From assembly GCA_002269645.1 (NCBI GenBank), contig NIVC01003412.1:35280-99279 (forward strand): a stretch of DNA of 64,000 bases. The letters are read 5' to 3'. The stretch is from Macrostomum lignano (taxonomy: Eukaryota). The stretch's first letter is position 1; each line of letters starts with the position of its first letter. The notes beneath the pieces were generated by a model. That model had not been told where the DNA came from and did no database searches. It worked only from the letters and a program-made list of their open reading frames with translations. This document shows positions 24,171-35,599 of this stretch, piece after piece. The translations under genes and the position numbers were made by a program.

Positions 24171-26156
24171 TGATGAAGACGCACTTTTTCCCAAATCCCG
24201 CGCTAGCACATGGGCTCTAAACTTACTTGCCTACTAACAGTGGGCAATGGGCATTTTTATCCTTTTTCTGCGAATTTTCATAGAATCTATACTAGATATA
24301 ATGTCTGGTCATACTAGTAGTCATAATAACATAGGCGCAGCTTTTTGGGTCATAAATCATCGCTTTCAAAGTTGGTCTGACAGCCACCTGCGCCTCACTC
24401 AGTGTTGAAGCGGGCGCCAGATGGTCTGAGAGGATGCGGGCGGTAGCTTTTTTCTCATCATTTTGACAGGCCATCAAGATTTATGAGGCCAGAGCCTATT
24501 GTTCGTGTTCACTCAAGCGTGTGACAGCTTTGACAGCTATGCGTTTTACCCCTAAAAGTACCTTGGGATTAGCGATTAGCAATTTCTCTTCATTATCTTT
24601 CACTTTCTATTTAATAAGAGCTTTCTAATGTATATTTTCTCATTAATTTCTGTCAATCCTACGCGAAAAGTCATAAATCATTTTGTTGCGATTTTGAGTG
24701 ATTTATGGCCGCACCTGTCATCTTTTTACGACCCTGTGGGAACTGATAGGATCTCTCGGTCACGTGATTCTGGGTGGCAACAAGCTTAACCAATCAGAAA
24801 ATTCGGCGCTCATTTTAACAAAACGGCTCAGCCAATCAGAATCGACGTGTTCCATTATAACAAACTGCTGTCCAGTTGGCGGCTATTTAAAACCGGCGTT
24901 TTTGGCCCGCTCGGACCTCAACCTCCTGGGAACTTGGCCTCGCTTGAGACCTCCCGGAGCCTGACCGTCGTTTCTTGATCGCCGGATTGCGACTTCCCCC
25001 CATCATCATCAAGGACGAGTCCCCCGGTCATCAGCAGCGAACATCAAGTGAAGAGCATCACCTGCTAGCTAACAGCGAAGATTGTGACAGCATCATCCCG
25101 AGTCTACAGCTGCAGAGCATCAAGCCGATTCGGTCACTGTGGATTACCTGGTCTCCGGCTGCTGAGTTTCTGATTGGTTGGGTGAGAGGCTACCTAGACT
25201 TGCTTGATTGGGTGATCCCTTTTCTGTCCCCTGTTTCAGTAGCTGAATTAGGCGCACACTTTGCTCTTTTTGTTCAGTAGTGCTTTCGCTGAGGCAGAAA
25301 TCATTCAATAATACTGCTAGTGGTCTAAGACTCCAATTCAATCTGAAGTGTGAAGTGAACTAAGGAGAAGATTAAATCTAACAGCTATTTTTATCGGTTT
25401 TATTTCTTTGATCGCCGATGGCTCAGATGAGTGGCTAAGCTAGTAGGCGCCGGTCACAGTGGACCAATGGCAAGGCAGTTCTCAGTCGACCAATCTATCA
25501 AATCAGTGAGCAAAACTGCCAGAAGTGCAGAATCGGCGCCAGAGATGTACTTTGTGCACTCTAGGGTAGCCAAGCGGCTCGGGTAATGAATCATGCGGTC
25601 TCCGAAGTTCGAGTTAGCCTATCATCAGCGCTAGGAGAGGCTAGTTGGCGCGTTGAAGGCCAAAAGTACATACCTTCGTATTTAGCAATGTAATAGTACA
25701 TGTAGCTACCCCATAGACTCGCCACCGCAAGAATCCCCTGCACAAGTCCCCTCTGTACCTGCATGGCCAATACGATCTAGTCCCAGCAGTGTCCCTTATC
25801 ATCGGCTATGACTTCGAGATTGACAGCAAAAAGACACTAGTTGGCAGGTAAGTACAAAGCCCCTTCTAGTCGGAAGCCCGATTTCGAGAGTCCCGGTGTG
25901 GTGAGCCAGGGCGCACGGGCTGGTGGCAGCAAGTTAGTTGATCTGCGGATTAGCTAATTTCTATTTTCAAAATTCTCCCTGCTCGTCTCTCGCTGTCCCT
26001 CTCTTAGCTATAGGACCTAGACTGTTCGCCACACGATCAAGCTACCATGGGGCTGACCATCTGACAGGAGTGGGGGGCCAGGTCTCTAATTGATTTATTT
26101 CTGAGCCTGAGGCCCGAAGGCTTCCCTAACAAGGGCCCGAAGGTCGAAACCCATCA
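24171..26156 (+). mobile_element. Solo LTR (1986 bp), family 2, copy 1
   Basis: TGATG...CATCA termini, TSD ATAA (24167-24170 and 26157-26160); tandem CCAAT boxes (~24790, 24831) then ctatttaaa (~24883); highly similar along its length to 53432-55418. Confidence 0.85.
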
Positions 26157-26356
26157 ATAAGAGTACTAGCAAAACACAAAATTCAAGCAAATGAATTCAT
26201 TTTGGCTTGGAACCGTTACTGTGTTTTTAGCTAATGATTAGTATGATGTTTGGTAACTATTATGAGTGATTTATATTACATGGATGGCAAGCGTGGATGC
26301 AATATTACGAGTAGAAGCAAACGTGATTGTTGACAGACCAGATATTCAATAATTAG

Positions 26357-29300
26357 CTATTGGAAACAATTTAAGTTATCCTCTCCGCTCTCATTGGGTT
26401 CGAAACCGGTGCTCTCCGTCCGATTCTGTGCCGAAGTCTGTCGAACGCCATTGAAGTTCGTTGTTTCTGGTGTTTCTAGCAAACTGTAAAACGTGTCGTC
26501 CATGCTGTCCATCCGATTCGGACAATGCCTAGAAGGCGATTGACTTTCCATGCCATCTTGCCCTAAACTGTAATACTTATCTGAATCGAGGCTGGTCATT
26601 CTGTTAAACTTTGGATTAAAAGTCTCGTCAGGTTGTGCATCTGCTGTGAAATTCTGTGGATTTTCAGGTGTAAAATCAGGTGATTCTTCAGGTATTTCGT
26701 TGGTTAGGCCACCAGAAGGAATCGAGTTCCGTGACAGACAACTGTAATACTTGTCTGAAAACCAGCTGACGTTTGGGGTGTGGTACTCTGAATCCAAGCT
26801 GTCCGCCCGATTTTGAGCGAATCTTTGACCCAGTTCGGTGCCAGGTGTCGCATCGGGTGGTGCATCAGGTTGTGCGTCAGGTGGTGCGTCAGGTGGTGCA
26901 TCAGGTGGTGCATCAGGTGGTGCATCAACTGTCCCACCAGAAGTAGTCACATCGGGTTCCAGACTGTGCTGATCGGCTAAAGACGAGCTAAAGTTTGGGT
27001 TTTTTGGAGTGCCAGCAGCAGCATCGACTTTATCACTTTCTGAAGCGTCTGCTGGATTCCTAGGTTTTGGTTCAATTAAAGGTTGTGAAACACTGCTCAG
27101 TTTAACATCTTCTTTCTCCACAGACGGCTCAGAACTATTTAATGAGCACAACCGTCTTTTGTAGACAATAAACACCACAATGGTTGCAATAAGTACCAGC
27201 AGAATCGGACAGGAAACTCCAAAAATGATGGTCAACTTGCTTGCTGGAGCTTCAGTTGAGGACCAGTCTCGTATTGGTTGAGTCGTTGCTGTTGGTGATA
27301 TTCTAATACCGGTAATTAGATCAGAAGAATCTCTAGCTACAACACTAGGAGCATCAGTATATGCAATGAAATGCATCTTAGTTGTCTGCTTCTGTTGCAG
27401 AGCTTCGATAACTTTCCAAGGGACCGCCCTCGCGCTACAGCTGTCTGCATAATTGTATCCTGCCGTGCCTCCTCTCTCAGGAAACTTTACAAGAAATGGA
27501 ATCTGGCTGCTACAGCTTTTCGATTTGATTTCCGCTCTGTCTGAAGAATCCACATTCATAGTCACGCACGGACCTGTCGCGGCGTCTGAATCTCTGCAGT
27601 TATTTAAAGGTGGTTCCTGATTTACTCTCAGCTTATTTTTCATAGCCTCTTCCGTTTTACAGAGATGAAACGGAATTACTCACACAAATTTCTCAGATCC
27701 GAGAACCGGCTTCAATCCACATTCTCCGCTATCATTTCTGATTAGAGAGAGCACTGAGGCATCGGCTGCACTGTAGAACATGCCGAGACGCACTGGCTGG
27801 CTCAGGCTCAGAGGCCGTCTGTACGGATGCACCGACAGTCTGGCTGTGTCTGAAAGCGGTTTTGATGCTCATTTTTATAATAAAGCAGACACGGAGAATG
27901 AAATTTAAAACAGATGTTGAAAGGCCACTCACTTGCAGCAATGAGATTGCGGATCTCAGACATGCTGGAGAAGCTGGCCAGCTGAGCATCGCCTCCGATG
28001 CTGGACATTGCGGCTGTCAAATTGGCTTTGACTTTGCTCACAGCGTACCAGTTTCCGTTGAAGCTGAGCATGTCTCTGTGGCAGAGTCCAGGGAGAATCA
28101 GCAGGAGTTTGAGCTTTACCTGGGCGGCACGTTGATACCTCGGATCCCAGCTGGCCTCCACAGTAAGCGGCAGCCTGAAGGCAACGTTTGTTAAATTTTA
28201 GCGGGGTTTTTATATTTTTACTTAGGGCTGGCTGCTCGATGACTGCTCGCATCTATCCCTTCAGCCTATCAGTCAGACCAAGGTTTGGCGGCTTTTAAAG
28301 CCTGACTTGTGCCCTTCCTGTGCTGAATTCGTTGCACAGTCTGTCTTATTCTACTCGTACTGTCTTTTAAGTTGAAGCGGCTTGTGATTGGCTGATGTCG
28401 TTTTCTCTTATTTATCTTCCCATCATCTCTCTACTCGGTAAATATTTGATTATTTATTCTGAAGGGAGCTGGAGCACCGGAGGGACGCAGGATTGAGCGC
28501 GCATGTCATTAGCACGCATTTTGAAACTGCTCTACGTGACACAAGCGCGCATTATCACTTTAAGTGGCAGCTTACTTTACTTTTAATCGCTCGTCTTTGT
28601 ATTTGATCCAAAAATATCCAAAAATATATTCCTGACTGGTTTCGCATGCCTGTTTAATGCTAGATTTTTTTCTCTTGGGCTTGGCTCACAGTCATCGACT
28701 TATCTTTGAGGTGACTGCCGTCAAAACTGTCTGCGCTCTTGTGTCACTGCCTGTGCGCGCTTATGTCAAATATTGTAAAAAATATACGCAATGGCAGTAG
28801 TGTCTTGCGCGCTTATTCAGCCCTCCCCACCGGGGTACAGAGGTCACCCTCTTGGAGGCGTTTTTAAAAGCAGCCTCCAGAATCTTTAACCATCTTGAGC
28901 AAATAAATTACACGTTTGATGTGCATAGCCATGTAATTTAAACTCATAAACGATCCTTACTCAAAAGCAATATGTGCATTTTTCAGTACTTACAGCTGCC
29001 GGATCGGGCGGACGAGAAAGAGCCCTGCAGTTGCCAAAAGTTGCCCTCCCGAGCTGTTGAGGACAAGATCCGCCTGACTTTTCACGTTGTTAATGGACAG
29101 AGAAGATCCAGCTGTTGAATTTATCGGTTCTGCCAACAAGACAAGTTTTTGCATATCATTTTCTGTTGCAGCAGCCTTGATGCTCCATCGGCAGGTTCGA
29201 TTGCTCAACGGTCTGTTGTCATTGGTGTCGCCAAGAACTTGGGGAATGATTTTTACGTCTCCATTGTTGATATCAATTGTAATTGGACTGACGACTCCGT

Positions 29301-29480
29301 TTGTGCAGTAGTATGTTTCGGCCTGGCATTCGGATCTATGCGTTTGTGTGGGTTATTTCTGTTTGGATACTTCTATGCTAAGATCAAATGCAAATCGAAC
29401 GAGCAGAGCAAAGTGGGAAAAAAGAGCTTACTTGAGACACGCGAGTAGGAGCCAGCAGATGGCTAGGGCACAGGTTCGAA
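26357..29480 (-). CDS. Receptor paralogue D
   Basis: Signal-like exon ending at 29432 (IRTCALAICWLLLACL; start codon not located), 28994-29335 (342 nt; ECQAETYYC...CRWSI), 27933-28174 (242 nt), 27684-27849 (166 nt), 26357-27593 (TM LTIIFGVSCPILLVLIATIVVFIVY-KRR; PPDA repeats; Tyr motifs). Confidence 0.75.
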
Positions 29481-29702
29481 TCTAGAATAGCGAAAACAAT
29501 TTTTACTGCGATAATGAATCTCATTGTTTAGCTTACAAGGTGTACAGAAGCCCCAACTTTTTAATCGTCAAACTCTCTGCGCCAAATGGACGGCCCTCAT
29601 TGGCAAGAACTCCAAAAGTCCTCAGTCAATTTTCGTGCAAAGTCTCAAACTAAGGAGACCACTTTTTAATTAGTCGCGTTAACGGCTGAGTTTACTCTGA
29701 AC

Positions 29703-30496
29703 TAGGGGTGTTCGGGGTTCGGGGTCGGGTCGGGTTTTGGTACTGGGTTCGGGGTCGGTGTAGGGTGTTCGGGTCGGGTATCGGGTTCGGGGTTAGGTTT
29801 TCGGGTTTTCGGGTTCAAAGGATAAATAAACTTTTTTTAAATAAATTTTTCCTAGCCGTTATGTAACGCTTTTAAGCATAAAAAGGCGAATATTTAAACT
29901 TCAAAAATGCTTGAATTTAAGTTTTCAATTACAAATTTAGGGTTCTACGGATAAAATCTATGAATCTATGGATTCTGGCTGGCCTCTGGACTATGCTTGT
30001 GGATTTCAAAAATCCCTTTATTTTTAATTACAAACATTTTTATTAAAGACATGAATTAAAGATTTAAGGGTGTTTAACCTTTATTTTCCAATTCTTCATT
30101 AAGCTGCACTCGGAGGTTGCGCTAACAATGACAACTTAAACCCAAGTTGGTAAACATTAGGATAAGTGGATGTTAAAGTCAATGCTTAGATCTTAAGAAT
30201 GAGGAGTCAAATTATAGGGAGGAGAGGAGTGAAGACTTAAAATTGCTAGCTGATGACTAGAAATAGGAGTAAGGAGCCAGGACTGCAATGAAAACGAGAA
30301 GTAGACTACTAGAAGTACCTCTTGACGAGCAACTCCCTTCAGTTGTCACTCTTGGAAAAAAAGATCACGGAAAGCCTGCGATGAAGCGTTCTTCTTTTAG
30401 GGAAAGTTCGGGGTCGGGACGGGTCGGGTTTCGGTCCGGGTCGGGTTTTGGGTTCGGGGTCCGAACCCGGAAAAAATGGAAACCCAAACACCCCTA
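29703..30496. mobile_element. hAT-type MITE (794 bp)
   Basis: TIR TAGGGGTGTT(C/T)GGG...CCCAAACACCCCTA, 8-bp TSD ctctgaac (29695-29702 and 30497-30504), subterminal tcggg(t) arrays at both ends; no ORF. Confidence 0.9.
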
Positions 30497-31895
30497 CTCT
30501 GAACACAGGTAAGGAAAATGCGCTAAGCAATAAATCTGTAAAAATATGTCTAGTACAATTCGTTTTTTGACTAAACTAATCATTTTAGTCACTACACAAC
30601 AATTGGATCAATAAATTAAGTTGAAAATATTGTTATGCTATACTACAGTATTTGACAAATTGATTTTTTAACCAGCAAAATTTTCTCAAATAGCTCCTAA
30701 GATATTGGAGCACAAAAATAAAAGCCCGATGACTACAAACTTACCATATTTAGGACAGACCGAACAAATTTTCTGCTAGCAAATTCAGTGAATATAGTGT
30801 CGTCGTACTTGTGGCTTTTCTGTGATATTACAACTGAGACGTCGAAAGATAACCTAGCCTTTTTACAACCTATGCTATTAAATCCTTGCACAGCTGTGCA
30901 AAAGATCGAGCTGAGAATTTCATTGTACAAAACTCACTTGAAGACGTGAATAGTTTGATTGTACAGCGAATAGACAATGAAGAAAAGTTTTTGAGCAAAA
31001 GAGCTAGGCTTAGCTAGCTACTGCAGGAAGATAGCTGACAGGAAAACAGAAAAAGCTAAAATGGAGAGGCTGGAATTGGAGCTGAGAGAAGATGAAGCGC
31101 GTTGCAGAGCTCACTCAAATTGAAAGAGAGACGGAGAGACAGAGAATAGGACTCGAGTAGCTGAGTATTGCTTAATTATTCACCTCTGCTGCTCATTCTC
31201 ATTCTTAGTAATACGGGTGTATTATGAGCTGACAAAGATGCCAAGTAGCTAGTAGCATTGTATGTTTGCATACCAAATATCAGCACACACATTTGCCTTA
31301 CATTTTCGGGTTTAATATGAAGTCGGTAAATTTTCTAGAGTTACCTCCGGCATTAGTGAAACTCGGACTACACACAATACGGAACTTCACAGCTGTACTC
31401 TTTGTCAAAGCCAATCACTGAGCATTAGAACCATACAGTAATTTTTTATAGAGGCTTAAACGCACGTTTAGAATCAAATTACAGAAGACCATTCTTTGTA
31501 GGCTATAGTATTTCTCACGAATGGTTTATTGGGATACATATATATTTATAGCTTATGCAGCTAAGGTTTGTAAGAGCTTAAGCTCGCTCATATTCTTTAG
31601 CATATTTAAAAAAACAATTTTAAATTCTGAATAATGATTAGTATCATCTTACGAGTACTACTGACCGTGAATCTTAATTCAATGACTAACCATTTCGCTA
31701 GAAATTATCGAAAGAAGTATGTTCTTTACGAAGCATATTGAAAGGAAAAAGACATCTTAAAAGCATCAATGAGAAATTTCAAAGTTTTAACAATTATTGA
31801 AACATTAAACAGTTCTTATATGTAAAAAACGTCTTATACAGGTAGCTCGGCCACGTTTTTCAAACAAGTTCCTTCATCGACAACGAAGCCCAAAT

Positions 31896-33930
31896 CTATT
31901 GCTGATCAGAGCTCGTGCTTGCCATCTGGTTTGAATCAAAATTAGGACACGTCTGGAAGTCTTCTTCGGAAATTGGCTGGCTTGGAGGATCTTGATGCTG
32001 ATCAGAGTTTATGCTTTCCATCTGGTTTGAATCAAAATTAGGACACGTCTGGAAGTCTTCTTCGGAAATTGCCTGGCTTGGAGGATCTTGATGCTGATCA
32101 GAGTTTATGCTTTCCATCTGGTTTGAATCAAAATTAGGACACGTCTGGAAGTCTTCGTCGAAAATTGGCTGGCTTGGAGGATCTTGATGCTGATTAGAGC
32201 TTACTATTTGATTTGGATCTTTGAACTGTTCTGGATCATCAGAACTTGTCGGATTTGGCTTTACGGCTTTCATGTGACTTTGACTCATCAAACCTGTTGT
32301 GTACTCCTCTGGATCCTCGAAGGTGACATGTTTCGGATTTTCAGTTGATTCGGCAGTCTTCTCACCAGATGGACCTGCTGAGAGTCCAGGCTGCACATAC
32401 AAATTTGAAGATGCATTGGATTTCGGATTCGGCTGAGGCGGCTCGCTTACATAGGCCACTAAAGCAGAACCTTCTTCATTTTCTATTTCAACTTCTTTTT
32501 TGCTATCATTCTGCATTGCTGCTCTTCGCTGCGTGTTTTGCCTCTTCTTTTTAAGCACGAAGTATAATACAAAAGATCCAATCAAAACGGCAACAATTAC
32601 TGCACAGATGACTGCAACTATTATTTGCAGGCTGGTTTGAGAACTTTCCGGTGTTTTTTCAACGAGCAGCGTTGACATAGTACCAGGCGATGCTGTATCA
32701 GGTGGTTTAGTAATCGTTGAAATGAAGTTAGCAGCCCTTAGCAACAGTTCTGAAATTGCTGAAATGACAGCCTGAGTATTGCAGCTTGTGAGCTCACGCG
32801 CAGTGCTTCTGTTCTCTGGAAAACTTATGAGAACGAACATTGAACTGCTACAGTTACTGAACTCGACAGACGCTTTGTCTGATGCATCAACTTTCAGGGT
32901 TGAGCATGGACCTGAAACTGCAGCTGAACCACTGAAAGACAAGATGATGCTTAAAGTATTAGGATGCATTTTAATATCAAGAAAAACTAAGACAGCAGCC
33001 ATGTTCAATGCTGACTCACACGAACCCTTTAGCTTTGGCAACCGGCTGCAATTCACACGCACCATAACCGTTTCTTTTAGGAGACAGCACTGAGGCATTG
33101 GCTGCACTGTAGAACATACCGAGACGCACTGGCTGGCTCAGGCTCAGGGGCCGTCTGTACGGATGTACCGACAGTCTGGCTGTGTCTGAAACGTTTGCAA
33201 TGTTAAATTAGAAAAGAAATCGGCCAACGCAGAATACATTTGCTTTATTTTCAACAACTCACTTGCAGCTGTAAAGTTATGGATTTCAGACATGCTGGAA
33301 AAGCTGGCCAGCTGAGCATCGCCTCTGATGCTGGACATTGCGACTGTTAAATTGGCTTTGACTTTGCTTACGGCGTAGCAGTTTCCATTGAAGCCGAGCA
33401 TGTCTCTATGGCAGAGTCCAGGGAGAATGAGCAGTAGTTTGAGCTTTACCTGGGCGGCACGTTGATACCTCGGGTCCCAGCTTGCCTCCACCATGAGCGG
33501 CAGCCTGAAGCATCAAATCAAATTGTTTTTATCACGAATTACATGCTTTTACTGGATGTAAAAGCAGTGAGTATTCTCTACTCACAGCTGTCCAATGGGC
33601 AGAGCGAAAAACATTCCAGCCGTCACTGGAACCTTTCCACCGTTGTAATTTACGACAAAGTCTGCAGGACGTTTCTGCTCGCCTTTTGGCGGTGGCGAAC
33701 GTCTGTCTACTGCGGCATCCATGGTCACTCCCTGAAGCACCAGCTGCATTTCATTTCTTGTCACAGAACTGTCAATGCTCCATTGGCAGCTCTTGTAGCT
33801 CAGTTCAGAGTCGCCGCTCTCACCAAATATCACAGGGACAATCGTTTCCTCTTGGTTTTGTAATTCGTCAATTTTTACTGGACTGATCATATTATTGTTG
33901 CAGTAGTGATTCGCGGCCTCGCATTGGAAT
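31896..33930 (-). CDS. Receptor paralogue E (signal exon not located)
   Basis: Exons 33586-33930 (345 nt; FQCEAANHYC...CQWSI), 33263-33504 (242 nt), 33020-33185 (166 nt), 31896-32931 (TM LQIIVAVICAVIVAVLIGSFVLYFVL-KKKR; 3 x 32-aa tail repeat). The first ~58 aa of track ORF 31896-33107 are intron/off-frame read-through. Confidence 0.78.
31905..32200 (-). repeat. 96-bp coding repeat x3 in paralogue E tail
   Basis: SDQHQDPPSQPISEEDFQTCPNFDSNQMESIN repeated; DNA period 96 bp (31997 vs 32093). Confidence 0.9.
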
Positions 33931-35084
33931 CTTGAAGGTGGAATGCGTGGAAGTTTTGCAGGTACATGAAAAAGTCTGGACCGACATCAATCTATCCGTA
34001 TTCCTAGTTGCTTCAGGTAAATTTAGCCAGCGAGTTTGCTAGTTTCCTTCAGCAAACTCAACTAACTAAACCATACTAAACTAAACTAGCGAGCCATAGG
34101 CAATACGTTGTCAAACTCAGATTATCAAGGAAGTAGGTACATAGTTGTTCAAAATTAGGTACAGAGATGAACAAATAATCATATTTTTAGTTCGTAGTAA
34201 CACCTTCACACCTAATCACACTAGAACACTTACTTTAAACACGTTAGTAGTAGCAGGACAAGCACAGGATCGCATCTTTGACTCTGAAAAATTCGGCGAA
34301 TTAAATCAACCACCATGTTCGTTCGAAAACTTGTCATCGTGCTTGCTGGTGATCGGTAGCTATTGTAGGTATATTACAGGTATATTTACAAGTTACTGTA
34401 GGTAGGAGTCACAGCTTAATATAGCCAAAGCTCCAACTCCTTATTTAGGTATCTTATCATTTGAGCACGGGAAAGGTTGTTGTTGGGCAGCATAACTCAA
34501 AACAGTGGGTCGACCTTTTCACTTGCTTTGTGCATATACAGTATGTTGTAACTAAATTTAAGTAGCTCGTAATTTGAGATTAGACAATCGAAACCGATCG
34601 ACAGTAAATAGGCTTTTGTACGTTTTTAGTTCCTTGTTTTTGCTTAACAACTGACTTTACTGTCAACTGATATTCCTAAATAAACTCTTTCTTTGCAAAC
34701 AAGACAGGAACACTTACCATATCGTTATGCATGAGTATCTGGCCTTCATAAGCCAGTAAAATGCTGAGGACCTACTTGGCGGAAAGTTTTTCGTGTCAGT
34801 ATTGTACTGTTTTGCTACACAGAATGGAAAAGCATACTGTTTCTGCAAATGCTTTTTATGCATTTCTCTTGTACGCTCAAATTGTACGCTGCCCTACTGT
34901 ACAGTGGAGACACAATATAGAAGAACTTTCTCACTTGCAAGCAGAAGAGAAAAGGCTTGGATTAAGAGCCAGTGGCTGCCTGCTTTAGGCTAGAAGGACT
35001 GAAAATGAGAACGAATGTACAGCTACGAAAAATATAGAATGGAAAAGCGGAGTAACAGAACGACAGAGTGTACGGAGTGTCTGG

Positions 35085-35128
35085 AATGGAGTGTACGGCT
35101 TATAATTTTACAAGCCGTACACTCCATT
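35085..35128. other. 17-bp perfect inverted repeat (hairpin)
   Basis: aatggagtgtacggctt (35085-35101) / aagccgtacactccatt (35112-35128). Confidence 0.85.
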
Positions 35129-35599
35129 GGGCTCAAGAGAGAGTAAACCATGAGTCACTATACTCTCTACATAGGAGTATGTACTATGTATAAATATAAC
35201 CGATACATTCGAAACAAATTATGATGGATTCACAGGAGAACGAGGCTAAATTTAGAGATACAGGAAGATTCAACTGGGTATATGGTACCCATTTTTATTA
35301 ACAATTCACATTCTTCCTAAGAAGTCTTACTGTAATTGAATTTTGTTTGAATTGATACTGACCCAGTGGGTAGACGAAATTTGACTGCTCCAATTTGACT
35401 GCCACAAATCAATAACGTGTACATTAACTTAACTTCTCGCATCCTGCTATTTCCTAGTGGTCAATACAGAGAGCCGCATTTCACTGCCGTGGCGGCTAAC
35501 AGACCACCCGCACCACGCGAAGGCAGCGAAGCGAACGTCATGCTGCTGCCGTTCTGGTCCCTACGGATCTGCCAGGTAGCTTAGTTCCATCCAGCCCCA

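Noticed and set aside
27808-27989. Apparent frameshift in paralogue D exon 4 (track ORF 27732-27989)
   Set aside because: The extra base lies in the intron; the true acceptor is tttcag|ACACAGCC at 27849, giving the conserved 166-nt exon.
32931-33107. N-termini of track ORFs 31896-33107, 3521-3925, 4796-6532, 26357-27643 and MIWSIFLTG.. (7793-8251, 15151-15609)
   Set aside because: Intron read-through; conserved splice sites and phases define the real exon starts.
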